From: a virus
Lineage: Duplodnaviria; Heunggongvirae; Uroviricota; Caudoviricetes
IMG/VR virus record: IMGVR_UViG_3300028591_000002
Location: 1 to 46,717 of that record
Reading direction: 5' to 3' (one strand)
DNA: 46,717 nucleotides
The notes beneath the pieces are model-generated. The model searched no databases, was not told the origin of the DNA, and saw only the letters and a list, made by a program, of their open reading frames with translations. Of this stretch, positions 13,222 through 25,338 are shown piece by piece (the stretch's first letter is position 1; the number at the start of each line of letters is the position of its first letter). The translations under genes were made by a program, and so were the position numbers.

Positions 13222-13585
13222 AAGTTTTAGAAAATATTTAAGACTATATGGACCGCATTTTAATAAATTATTATGTTAGTTTGCAGTTAGTATGATGGAA
13301 ACGGAGAATGGTCCGATTCAACCATATACTAAAGAAGAAATCGATTCTAAATTAAAGAAATGGAACATATAGTTACAATATAATAAATACGAAGATTATG
13401 TTTTCGTTGCTAATATGTGTAAGGCAGATTTTCTTGGAAAAAGTATTGTTGACGAACAACATTTATGTATTTACATAAAAAATGTAATAGATGACCCAGA
13501 TGGTTATACTGGACAACCTTTTTATAGATGGTTAACAGATATGGATTGCTTGGGAATTACAATTGATTGGGAAGAATTTATATGA
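13208..13585 (+). CDS. Hypothetical helical protein (125 aa); cassette gene 4
   Basis: Missed by the track (two TAGs); YLRLYGPHFNKLLC*FAVSMM...VANMCKADF...DDPDG...RW; overlaps both neighbours. Confidence 0.8.
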
Positions 13586-13959
13586 TTGCTCAATATATAA
13601 AAGTAGGAGATTGGAATCTTCTCATCTATTACAATGCTTCTTTAGATAATAGAACAGAATTAGAAGATGCTTTATTATCTTTAGGAGCTTCTAAAAAAGA
13701 AATTAGAAAAGCTTTACAAGTTTTACGATATAAAAATACTGGATTTACTTTCAGTAGTTCAGATTAGAAGATGAGTATAGTTTGTATTGGAGAAGCCGAA
13801 AATAATCAATAGTTTTTAGATACTATTGTTCATGAATTAAAACATGTACAATCACATATTTGTGAATTTTATGATGTTGCTGAAAATTCTGAAGAAGCTG
13901 CTTATTTGATAGGCTATATGATTCAAAGAATGTATAAATTTATAAAAATATTTATTTAA
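13582..13959 (+). CDS. Small zincin-like metalloprotein (HExxH, 125 aa); cassette gene 5
   Basis: GFTFS...IVHELKHVQSHI...SEEAAYLIG; the HExxH motif lies beyond two TAGs. Confidence 0.75.
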
Positions 13960-15189
13960 ATGACAAATATAGTTTTATTAAAAGATAATCAAGGAAATAA
14001 CTTATATCCAACTAGTCATTCAAGTGCTATTAAATATGATAAATCTCAAAGTAGATTAAATGCGGAGAATGTACAAGATGCTATTGAAGAAGTAAATGGG
14101 AAAGTTGAGCAAGGTAGTGGTTTAAGTACCTCTGCTATTGATGCACTATGTAATATATTGCAAAAGAGTGTCTATACACAAGACCAATATACTGCTATTG
14201 AAACATTAAGAGTCTTGTTAAAACAGAGTGCTATTATTGTAGCAACTCCTATCATATCTCAAAGCGGCAGACAAGTTAGTATATCTTGTAGCACTTCAGG
14301 AGCAAGTATTTATTATACAACTAATGGTTCTGCACCAACCACAAATAGCACTTTATATACAGGTAGTTTCACTCCTTCGGAAGATTGCACTATTAGAGCA
14401 ATAGCAATAAAAGATTTGGAAACGTCTCTTGAAGCATCACCATATAGTTATTTAATTCCTTATGATGTTGCCACTCCTATTATAACATTATCTGGAAGTA
14501 CTGCAACTATTAGTTGTGATACAGCAGGGGCAACTATTTATTATACTACAAATGGTGACACTCCTACAAATGAAAGTTCTGTTTATTCAGAGCCTCTTTC
14601 TCTTACTAATGGAACTACTGTAAGAGCAATCGCATATACATCTAATGATGGTTATTCCCGTGAAGCTACTCCAGTTACTTATAGTGTTGGTGATTTGGTT
14701 GAATCTAATAGTGGGTGGGAAAATATGACGGCTGCTAAATCTGTTCTTGTTACACAAGCAAAACCTTTTAATTTTGAAGATAGTGTTCGTGTATATGAAG
14801 TCGATGTTAAAATATATAGTTTCAATTTAGGTTCAATAAGTTCAGGAATTGTAAAATTATATAGACTTACTATTGATGATACTAATGATTTGGTAACAAA
14901 TACCGAAATATTAGGAGAATGCTTAATAACAAAAGGTTCTAATACTATTACACAATATAATAACGGAACTCCTTTGAATTTTACTTTGGATTCAAATCAA
15001 ACAATTTTGTTTAGTAATTGTATTAATAATACTGGGCAACCTTTGATTTATTTTACAAATACAGACAAAACAAAGGAAATGTGGAAATTCACTATAAGTA
15101 ATGATGTAGCAACACGAACAGATACTGATAAGACTTATAAGGATAGAGTAGCAATGAATATTAAAGGAACAAAAATAATAAATAGTTAA
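13960..15189 (+). CDS. Adhesin-like protein with two Fn3-associated/chitobiase-C-terminal-like repeats (409 aa)
   Basis: Two VATPII...ISC.T.GA.IYYTTNG..PT..S..Y...RAIA repeats; N-terminal NVQDAI anchor; no TAG. Confidence 0.8.
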   Translation: MTNIVLLKDNQGNNLYPTSHSSAIKYDKSQSRLNAENVQDAIEEVNGKVEQGSGLSTSAIDALCNILQKSVYTQDQYTAIETLRVLLKQSAIIVATPIISQSGRQVSISCSTSGASIYYTTNGSAPTTNSTLYTGSFTPSEDCTIRAIAIKDLETSLEASPYSYLIPYDVATPIITLSGSTATISCDTAGATIYYTTNGDTPTNESSVYSEPLSLTNGTTVRAIAYTSNDGYSREATPVTYSVGDLVESNSGWENMTAAKSVLVTQAKPFNFEDSVRVYEVDVKIYSFNLGSISSGIVKLYRLTIDDTNDLVTNTEILGECLITKGSNTITQYNNGTPLNFTLDSNQTILFSNCINNTGQPLIYFTNTDKTKEMWKFTISNDVATRTDTDKTYKDRVAMNIKGTKIINS

Positions 15190-15193
15190 AATT

Positions 15194-16063
15194 ATGACAT
15201 AGTTATATAGTGAACAACAACAAATAAATCCTAAAACAATAGCATCAGAAGTTATACTTACTGGTGGAAGTAATTTACAAACTTACATTAATAATGGTGG
15301 GGGAGGGAATTCTACACCTTCTTCTAAAGTTTATTCTGCATATGCTGCAATAGGAGATAGTATAACCTAGGGTGTGGGAGATGCGCCAAATACTTTCAGT
15401 TACGCTAACGATGTAGCAACAATGCTTGGAGTTACAACATTCAATAAGTTGGCTGTAAGTGGTACAAAAGTATATGATTCTGGACAAAGTGATTATTTAG
15501 GACAATGTGGTAATGAAGGCTCTTATAAAATTACTGCAACTCCTGATTTGATAACCATTATGATGGGAATAAATGATGCACCAGACATGATAGGTAAAAA
15601 TGGTGCTTCTCCAGTAACACCTATTGGAAATGTTGCAGATGTTATTGCTTTAACATATACTCATGATAGTACCAAAACAGCAAGAGCTGCCTACAATAGT
15701 GTTATTACATCTAACCCTAATTCTGCTTGGGAAACATTTTTAGGTAAATTTAGATTTGGTATTGAATTTCTAAAAAATAAATATCCTAATGCAAGAATAA
15801 TTGTTATTACTCCTATACAATGTGCAAGTAAAAATTCTGGTGGTTAGAATGGAACTGATGAATCTATAATAAGAAACCCTATGAGAAATGGAGAATATAT
15901 AATTGCACAAAGATGTGGTGTTGAATGTCTTTATATAACAAAAGACACTTTCTTTGGAGAGTATTTTACTCCATATTTATACGATAAAACTATTCACCCT
16001 GGCACAATAGGACATCAAATACTTGCTAAACGTATTTATCAATATATTGTTTATGGTGTATAA
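15194..16063 (+). CDS. SGNH/GDSL hydrolase (esterase/deacetylase-like, 289 aa)
   Basis: All four SGNH blocks lie in one frame across TAGs: GDSIT*G, AVSG, GIND, DKTIHP. Confidence 0.88.
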
Positions 16064-16392
16064 GGCATGAAAAAGATTAGAGACATACTTAAATCGGATA
16101 CTTATTTGATATAAATATATTATTAATAACTCTTAATATTGTAAATACAAGTTTTGATTTTTATAATAATGTTGTTAGTAATTTTATTAATTTAAATGTA
16201 TACTAATAGTATTTAAAGTTTAAATTCATAGATAATATAAATATTAAATAATATAAATCTTCTACAATAATCTAACAGTAATTAAGATTTATTAGTAGGA
16301 AATTTAGTTGCTATTATAAATCAAATATTTTCTACTATATTAAATTCTACATAGATTTATTAGTTAGAAGACACTAATAATGATTAAAATTT

Positions 16393-17967
16393 ATGGATGT
16401 AATTTTAAAAAATAAATAGGGTAATTCTGTTTATCCGATTAGTCATTCAAGGGCTATTAAATATGATAAATCAGAAAGTAGTTTAAGTGCAGACAATGTG
16501 CAAGATGCTATTAAGGAATTATATGATCAAAGTGTGAAAACTGCTACTTGGAGTGGCTATATAGGTACAAGCAACGTTACTGAGAAAGATAATGTGAGCT
16601 TAAATAACCTTACAAGTTATTCCAACAAGTCGGGAAATATAAACATTACAATTTCCTCTACTTCATATTTATGGTTTGCCGTAAACAGAGAAGTAAGGAT
16701 TGAGAGCTTTGGTATTGAAGTACCTGTTCAATACATGGGTATAGGTGAACAAAATGGCTTGTACTATTACAAAACATACGAGCAAATATTACCTTCAATG
16801 ATTAGTGTAGAACTTATTGCTACAGATGCTTCGCAAAGTGATAATAGCAGTGGTAGTGATACTCCTACCCCAACTCCTACGGCTCAAAAACCAACAATTG
16901 TAACACCTCCACAATCTGCTACATACAATGAGGGTTCTATACCTGTGGCACTTACTGTAGTAGCAAAAGTTACTGATGGGGGTACTTTATCATTCCAGTG
17001 GTATAAAGGTAATGGTGCACTTGGTACTGGTACAATAACAAATGTTGATAACGAAATGCAATCATCTTCTATTACACCAACGTCAGATGAAACTGCTACT
17101 TACTATTGCGTAATTACTAATACCAAGAGTGGTGTAAATTCAAACACAAATCAAACAACACCTGTGACTATTACATTTAGTAGTTCTTCTGAATCAGAAG
17201 AAACAAACTTAAGTGAATTTGTTGAAGGTTATTGGAATACAGACGGACAAAAAATTGAAGATTCTAATTATTTGTCAAGTCCATTTATTGACGTATCTAC
17301 CGATAAGAATTTTGTTGTATTCAACGATATATCAAAAATAGGTACTACTACAAGTCCAACTCATATTTTGTCACTATGGACGAACGAAAACACTTGTAGA
17401 ACTGCTTGGGAAGGTTCTGATAAAGGTAGAAGTGGAAGTGCTAGTTCAGAAGACACTTATATGAGGTTCGTATTCCCTAACGATGCAACACGTGCTGATT
17501 ATTGTTTTATCAAAATTGGAAATAATTATCCTTTTAAGGGTAGTAAGATAAAAAGTGATTTTTTATCAAAGATTTATGCCTTTGGTAAGAGAATGTCTAA
17601 TAATGGCGTAACAAAAGGTAGTGATGTTAATATAGTAAATAATAATAACATGAATCTTAACTCAGATAGAAATTTTACATTTATTGCTGGCCCATTTGAT
17701 TTACAGAGTGGTCATACTTATACATTTGAGACTGGTCGTACTTCAAACGGATCACCTGAACTTGATGTAATCACTTATGTTGATGACAATAATAAATTGG
17801 TAGCTTATCAATATAAAAACATCAACAGTTTTCCAAATGTTAATGTAAAAACAATTCCATCTGGTGCTACTAAATTTTATCTTACTTGCGTTTTCAAATA
17901 TATGCACAATTGCTATCTAAAAGATAATGGTGTGTATGTATGGTATGGTGCTAATATTGAAATTTAA
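16393..17967 (+). CDS. Adhesin/fibre-like protein with Ig-like domain (524 aa)
   Basis: N-terminus paralogous to the 13960 gene; PTPTPT linker; Ig-like PQSATY...LSFQWYKG...YYCVITN; single TAG at codon 9. Confidence 0.78.
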
Positions 17968-17999
17968 AGAAATAACGAATTTAAAAAAATAACGAAGTC

Positions 18000-19952
18000 A
18001 TGGCAAATATATTAGTAAATGGAACGTTTAAAAATAATACTAAAGATGGCACTATTGCTTATGCGAGTCAAATAAAAGCTGACTCTGACAGAATGCAAGA
18101 TGCTGTTAATAGAAATTTTGATAGCAGACTAACAGATTTGGAAAGATCTAGTGGAGGTGGAGGAAGTTCTGCTGATATTACTGAACTTGAGAATAGAGTA
18201 TCTACTTTAGAGAGTGGTGCTGGTTTGAATGAATCGTATTGCAACTATGTTGAAGGTGGTTACTATAAGTATAATAGTGGTAAGTTAGTTTATAATAAAG
18301 ATTATGCTTTTGTTGATGAATATATTCCTGTTGTTGGAGGTTCTACTTATACTTTTAATTTAGGTAAGGCAGGAACTATGGGAAAAACATCTGCATGCAT
18401 TGCTACTTATAAAAGTGATAAAACACGTGATACAGAATATAGTTGTAACGCAGATACAAGATAGATTCCGCTTCATGCTCAAGCAGCATTCGTCAGATTA
18501 TCTTTTCCATTAGGACACACTGATGAGGTGAGTATATTAGACTCTTTAGGTAACGTTATTTGGCAAACAAAAAGATTTGCAGTGTCAACACCAGAATTGC
18601 TGAATAAAGATAGGCTAACTTTAAGGAATATCTATAATGCAACATCTGATTTAAGGCTATTTTTCTTTAGCGACATTCATGGTGATAATCTTGCTTTCCA
18701 AAGAATCATTGAAATGGCTAACGGCTGGAAAAATGCCAACCTTATAGATGCAGTTTTGAATGGAGGAGATACTACGGAAGAATACACAAATACCACAGGA
18801 GTTGATTGGTATAATGCGCTTGTGCCGACACTTGATGCTCCTTTGCTTATGGTTCTTGGTAATCATGACACAAAAATAGGGTTGAGTTCCGTTGATGCAT
18901 ATAATACAGTAATGTCAACATCTATGACAAAATTAAGTTCATTAGTTGGTGACAAATTATCACAGCCATCAGATGCAGCTACGAATGGAAAAAATTATTA
19001 TTATGTTGACTTTGATTCGCATGTCAGTGGTAGCACAAATAAAATTCGTGTGATTGCACTTGATTGTATGAATGTTGATTCTTATTGGGATTCAGATGAA
19101 TAGCAATGGTTGTCAAATGCTTTGTCTGATGCTAACACGAATGGATATTATGTTATTATATTAACACATGCCTCTCCACAAAGTAATTATACTTTAATTG
19201 AATCAAATTTTACTAATTCAAACATAGCATATAATACTGGAACTTGGAGTTTAAAACAAGAAGCTATAACAGAAGTAAATTCTTTTATTTCAAATGGTGG
19301 GAAATTTATCTGTTGGCTATGTGGTCATACTCATGTAGATTATCTTATATATCCTAAAAATGGTAGCACGATATATTCTGAACAAGTTATGTTTGTAACA
19401 AGGTGTGCAAATTGTTCAAAAGGAGATACTGCCCCATATAAAACTTATGATAAGAATGATGTGTTTAGGGATTCATTTAACTATATTACTGTTGATATAT
19501 AGAGGGGTGTATTTAGAATTATTAGAATTGGAAAAAATTATGATAATAGTTTTGTATCAAAATCAATTATGACTTATGATTTCATAAATCATCGTGTTTT
19601 CCCATCCGATAAAACAGTGAAATGGAATGGTTCTGCATGGGTAGAAGAAGATGGTGCAAAGGCTGGAGTAAAAAGGAGAGGAACAACGTCTGAAAGACCT
19701 AATGCAGCTGATATTTATACTGGATTTGAATACTTTGATTCTACATTAGTAAAGACTATAATATGGAATAGTACGAAGTGGGTTGAAGAAGATGGTGCAG
19801 CTGCTGGAGTGAAAAGAACAGGTACAAAAAATCAAAGACCGCAATCAGAGAATATATATGCAGGGTTCCAATACTTTGATACTACATTATCAAAGATGAT
19901 TGTTTGGAATGGTTCTGCATGGACTAATCTTGATGGTACTTCTCTGAGTTAA
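18000..19952 (+). CDS. Fibre-anchored calcineurin-like metallophosphoesterase (650 aa)
   Basis: Four track ORFs fuse in frame; motifs SDIH, GGD, GNHD, LTH, GHTH, DE*QWL; N-terminal coiled-coil anchor and C-terminal WNG..W repeats. Confidence 0.88.
19623..19922 (+). repeat. Tandem 141-nt (47-aa) repeat at the C-terminus of the phosphoesterase
   Basis: WN codons recur at 19623, 19764 and 19905; TGGAATGGTTCTGCATGG is identical at 19623 and 19905. Confidence 0.85.
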
Positions 19953-19974
19953 ATATAATTAAAAAATATAATAA

Positions 19975-20094
19975 ATGAATTGTGGACTAAAAGTTGAGAA
20001 AGGATTGCGAAAATGTTACAATCCTTTCCAACATTTAGATACTTTGTATATAGCAGTCGACACTAAAGAAATTATTTTAAATAGATATTATTAA
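19975..20094 (+). CDS. 39-aa peptide or remnant paralogous to the N-terminus of 8250..10142
   Basis: KVEKGLRKCYNPFQHLDTLYIAVDTKEIILN versus KVEYGWRIDYNPCRHYNTLYITIDTKELLFN. Confidence 0.6.
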   Translation: MNCGLKVEKGLRKCYNPFQHLDTLYIAVDTKEIILNRYY

Positions 20095-20137
20095 TGATTA
20101 AAGTAAATATTTCTAATAAAGAAATAAAATTTTTTAA

Positions 20138-20863
20138 ATGAATCAAATTATAAAAAAATTTAAAGAATTAATATTTCAGCTTTAGATGGGGTACCCAGTA
20201 GATTTATCTAAAATAAAGTCTGAGATATTATCTTTAGATTATGATTTTTCTGAATTTTCTAATATTGACTGTAATTGTAATATACATCTATGTAAAACTG
20301 CAGATGAAAATGCATATGTACATATCTTACTTTTAAATTCAACTGAAGATAAAAAACTAATAGCTATAACATATAATAATAATGGAGATTAGTTAGATGT
20401 AGGTCCTATTGATGATGGATATTACACATTAATTCAATTAGAAGTCTATAAGGAAGTAGATTAGGAAATATTGAAAAAGTATGGAAAAATATACGTTTCA
20501 GATGGAAAGAATCTGTATAAAGTAACATCTGAAAATACAGAAATTGTAAATCCTTTAGAAGTTTATTATGATAAAGATTTTAAAGCAAAATCTGAAGAAT
20601 CTTTCTTTTCTATTTGTTTTTTAAAAAAATGTTTCATATATTTATGTGAATAGCTTATAGGTGATGAAATAGAAGATTTCGTCTATAAAAAGAAAGAAAA
20701 AGAAGAAAATTTCAAGAAGGATTTTGTCTGGATTACATACAAAATACTTATTTATTTAATAAATAACTGTAGATATATAGAAGCTTAGTAGATATTGGAA
20801 ATAGTTGAAGATTGTAATGGTTTTTGTCCACAAGAATATGACTGTGGATGTAATAAAAATTAA
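20138..20863 (+). CDS. Hypothetical virion protein (241 aa), Cys-rich C-terminus
   Basis: Track ORFs 20186 and 20471 fuse through TAGs; ends DCNGFCPQEYDCGCNKN TAA. Confidence 0.75.
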
Positions 20864-20868
20864 CAAAT

Positions 20869-23800
20869 ATGAGTTGCATAAAAAATAGATTCTTATAGGA
20901 AGTCACTGATGAGAAATGGTTTCCTCCTATAAATATTTGTGATTGCCCAAAAAGAGAAGATTCTACAGAATTTGATGGTTTATCCAAAGTAATTTTAGAA
21001 AAAAATATACAACTTAGAGTTAACCATTGTGGTAGACCTGAAAAATATAATTTATTAACTTAGGATTCTTTTTCTACTGAAAATACTATATATATTGTAT
21101 AGTATGATTTTGATTTAAATGGTGGAATTATAAGAATGCCAAAAAATTGTACCTTAGTTTTTTATGGGGGTTCTATTGCTAATGGTACATTACTTTTAGA
21201 TGAAACCTCCATATATCCAATGTTGGATTTAGATAAGCTTGTCTTTTGTAGAGTTTCTGGAACTTACAAAAAAGGACAATTAAAAACTGATGAGAATGGA
21301 ATTTATTACTGGAATGGGTAGGAATGGAAAAAATCTTCTACTACTTCTTAGGAAGGAAGTTCTGGCTCTATTTCAGGAAAAGAATATATAGGCGGAGTAG
21401 GAATCTCCGTTGAAGATAATGTTATAAATCTTAATACTGCTGGAAACTATAACTTAGGAGGTATAAGAACTAATTATACGGAAGAAGGAGATAATTATGC
21501 TGTAAGAGTAGATGAAAGTGGAAATGCATATGTAAATGTCCCACAAAATCAAAATGAAACTGTTTTCTCTTTTAAATCTTATGCCTTTAAAAGAAGCACT
21601 GTAAAACCTACTGGGTCAAATGAGCTTCCTTTTGGAGGAAGTTACGATAATCCTTCTCCTTCTAGAGACTCTGGTTGGAGTGATGGAATACCTTCAGGTA
21701 CAGAACCTATTTGGGTATCTATAAATACTTTTAGGTCTGATTATACTAGTAGTGGTTGGTCTAGTCCTGAATTACTTGCAGACTCTTCAGATATGGATGT
21801 TTGCTTCAGTAGTAAAGAAATACAACCAGACCCTCCAACAAATCATGGTACTCAATATAATGACAATTGGCATAATGACGGTAGAGAAGAAGATATTTGG
21901 ATGGCTGTATCTGTATATTCTTCTGGTTCTTGGGGAGAATGGCAAATAGTTAAAATCAAAGGTGAGCAAGGTCCTAAAGGAGACAGTGGTTCTGATGGTA
22001 AAAGTATTAAAGTAGTTGGAAATTATAAAGATACTGCTGAACCATACTTACAATATATAGAAGGAACTAGTATATTTTAGAATGTAGATAATTCTGAAAT
22101 GACTGTTGATGTGACTGAAATAAATGCTGGAGATTGTTTAAGAATAATTGGTGGGAATTTTGATGGACATTTAATGTATTGTATGGATACATATCCATAG
22201 TGTGTTTGGATGGATTTAGGTAAAGTAGAAGGAGCTGCTACGTATGTTCATATTAAATTTAGTGATGATAGAGAAAATTTCACAGATAATAACGGAGAAA
22301 CTCCTGGAGATTATATTGGATTCTTAACTGATACTAAAGTAGAAGCTTCACCAGTTTTTTCTGATTATACGTGGACTTTATTTAGAGGAAATGATGGTTA
22401 TGGTTACTGGTTTATTTATGCTAAATTGAATCCTGATACTACTCAATGGGGTTATTATAGAAATAATTTTTATTATCAAAATTCTACTGGAAACTTTGAA
22501 GATGGTCTCAGAAATCGTTGGTATGATGAACCTCAAGAATTATAGCCTGGAGAATCTCAATATGTTTCTTTTATAAGAGAACCTTTACAGAATGGCAAAA
22601 AATGGAGTTATCCTAAATTATGGAATAATTATCCAGCTACATATACATTAAGAGTTTATAATGATAATGATGCTATTTTAGATTTAAATGATTCAAATGG
22701 TTTAAATTAGAATAAAACTATTTCTTGGAAATTATATTTAAATGGAAAAGAAATTTCAGATTATTATTCTTACTATTTTATAGCATCTGTAGGTGGAGCT
22801 ACATTTACCATTACCAACGGTAATACTTGGAATTTAAATAATGTAGGTCGTGGTACTAAAAAATCTGTAATTACAGTTACAGCATTTAAAAAGCCTACTA
22901 CAAATACTACTGCTTTATGTTCAGCTGATTTAAATATTCCTATACAAGGAAAAGACGGATAGAATAAAGAATCTTCTGGATTTAAAATAGTTCTTTCTAA
23001 TGATTTAGGTGTTATGCCTTGTAATTTAGATGGGACAAGTGTTGTTGGAGCAACAACTTCCACTCTTATACAGGCATATTACAATGAAACCTAGTTATCT
23101 AATTCTGATTTTGGAGTTACTTTACCAAGTGCTTCTGGATATACTGCATATCTAGAAAGTAGACCTAAAGGATATAATCTAATTGTAAGTAGACTTAATG
23201 GTGCTACTTCTTCTGTTCCATTTATCGTAACTTATAATGGAATTTCATATGAAAAAGAATTTAAAATATTTAAGGATTTAGAGGGGGATTCCTATGAATT
23301 AGAAGTATTTCCACAAGTAGTAACCTCTGAACTTTCAGATGTTTCCGTAAAAGTATTTAAGACTTTTGATAGAGCTACTAACTAGGTTGTACGTACAGAG
23401 ATAAAGGATTTAAGAGCTAATAATTTAGTATTACTCTATTATGATGATAATGGAGATGAAATTGAAGTAAGTAGAATTCCAGATAATCATACTTTCCATG
23501 TACAGGGAAATAATTATATATCATTAACAGAAAATACAGTTACTATTGATACTTAGTATATTACTTATATAAATACTGGAGAAGCTTCTCAAGGTTTATC
23601 TGGTTGTGTACTTAGATTCTGTGGTGAATGGGAAAGTGGAAAATCTTATGTAAATCAATTAAATGATACTTCTGTTGGTGCTTCTACTATAAGATGGATT
23701 GATTATGTTAAAGAAGGAACTGAATATTATTTAGTTGCTCCACTTCTTAATGGAAAAAGAATAACAATGAATCGCCCTTCTCAAAGTAGTGGAACAAATG

Positions 23801-24939
23801 GGGATTGGATAGTAGCAGAAAAAATGGATTTTGCTTATATTCAAACTTTAATTTCTGAATATATATCTTCAAATAGTGTTCAAGCCCATTAGGTACTTAT
23901 AACTAAAGAGAATTCAGGTATTACTAATATAATTGCTGGAATGCATCAAGGTAACGATTAGTTTTAGGATTCAGAAGATACCATTATATGGGCAGGAACT
24001 AAAATTTCTTAGCAAGATTAGTTAAATACTTCTTAGGCTCCTTTCCAAGTAAAAGCTGATGGTAGTCTAGTTGCAACTAAAGCAAAAATTACTGGAGATG
24101 TTGTTGCTAATACATTCACTTCTGGAGAAAAAAACCAACCTGGAATAGCAATAATAACAGGAGATTTTACAAGTTATCAAAATCCAGATACAAGTAAAGT
24201 ATATATAGCAAAAGATTCTAGTAATGTTAATTTTTATATTTATTTTAATGATTCTTGGAAAAAGTTTAATTTAAATTCTGAACAAACATTTGTTTCAGTA
24301 AATTCTTCTAAAAAGTTTTATTTCCTTCATGGGAGTCAAGAGTAGTATGATACTCCTATTAGTGGTAGTTATGAATGTATACAAAATTCATAGGGTAAAT
24401 TCATAGATAATGGAGGACAACTTGTAACTCAAAATAACCTTTGGGAAGAAACTCCACAAAAAATTATATTTATAAAAAGTACTAATTCAACTGACTTACT
24501 TCAAGGTGAATTTTTAATATTAACTAATAATATAAGAATTTTTAAAGGGGTTTCTATTAATGGGGGAGTACTTAATAGTAATAATTAGGTTAGAGTTTTT
24601 GTATAGGGACATCCTTAGTCTGATGGAGAAAATTCTGGAAGTATGACTGGAAATTATTATGAATTATTTGGAATGAATAATAGTACAGATATTGAAACTT
24701 CATCACTCAATGCTAAAGTTAAAAGATATCGATACTCTAATTCTGGTTATTCTTATGAAATTTTAGACAGTGCATCTGAAGAAGACAAAATTAATACGGA
24801 GGGACTAGATTCTGAAGAATCGATATTTCCATTATATTATAAGTCACCTTAGACTTAGCCTTTAACAAGAGACTCTGAAATATCCTATTGCGAAAGAAGT
24901 AATAATAATATTATATTAAATGATGGATCCCTTATATAA
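20869..24939 (+). CDS. Large tail fibre/receptor-binding protein (1356 aa)
   Basis: Single frame with TAG=Gln; NTIYIV*YDFDLNG..I.MP.NC.L.F.GGSI.NG domain, short collagen-like GEQGPKGDSGSDG, YVHIKFSDD...GDYIG and APFQVKADG tail motifs. Confidence 0.82.
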
Positions 24940-25336
24940 ACATAAAAATATTGATAGTATTTTAGATGAATACTACAGATTAAAAAGTAAAGAAGTAACT
25001 ACCAATACTCAAAGAACTCTTGAGAAAGTTCCTGATGGATTAAGTTTTTTTAAAAATGATGTAGGATATATAACTGAAAAAGAAATTAAAGAAGTTATAT
25101 AGAACTTTAATTCCGCTTTACAACTATAGGCTTTTCCGCCTATGGTTGTGAACGGAGAAGTTTGGGAAGCAGGAACTTACAGACAAGGTATTACTTTAAT
25201 TTTACATCCAAATACTGGATACAAAATAACAGATATACAAGGAATAGGAATATATAAAACAGATAATTAGGATGGGACTTGGACAATATCCGGAGAAGCC
25301 CTTGAAGTTAACGTTATTACAGAAAAAATAAATTAA
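24920..25336 (+). CDS. Hypothetical fibre-associated protein (138 aa)
   Basis: Three TAGs read through to TAA; KVPDGLSFFKNDVGYIT resembles the PTKVSQLENDKGFV repeat. Confidence 0.7.
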
Positions 25337-25338
25337 TT

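Noticed and set aside
16326-16358. TTTCTACT...TAGAT resembling a Cas12a repeat or RNA anti-CRISPR
   Set aside because: The complementary GTAGA arm is missing and there is no repeat-spacer periodicity.
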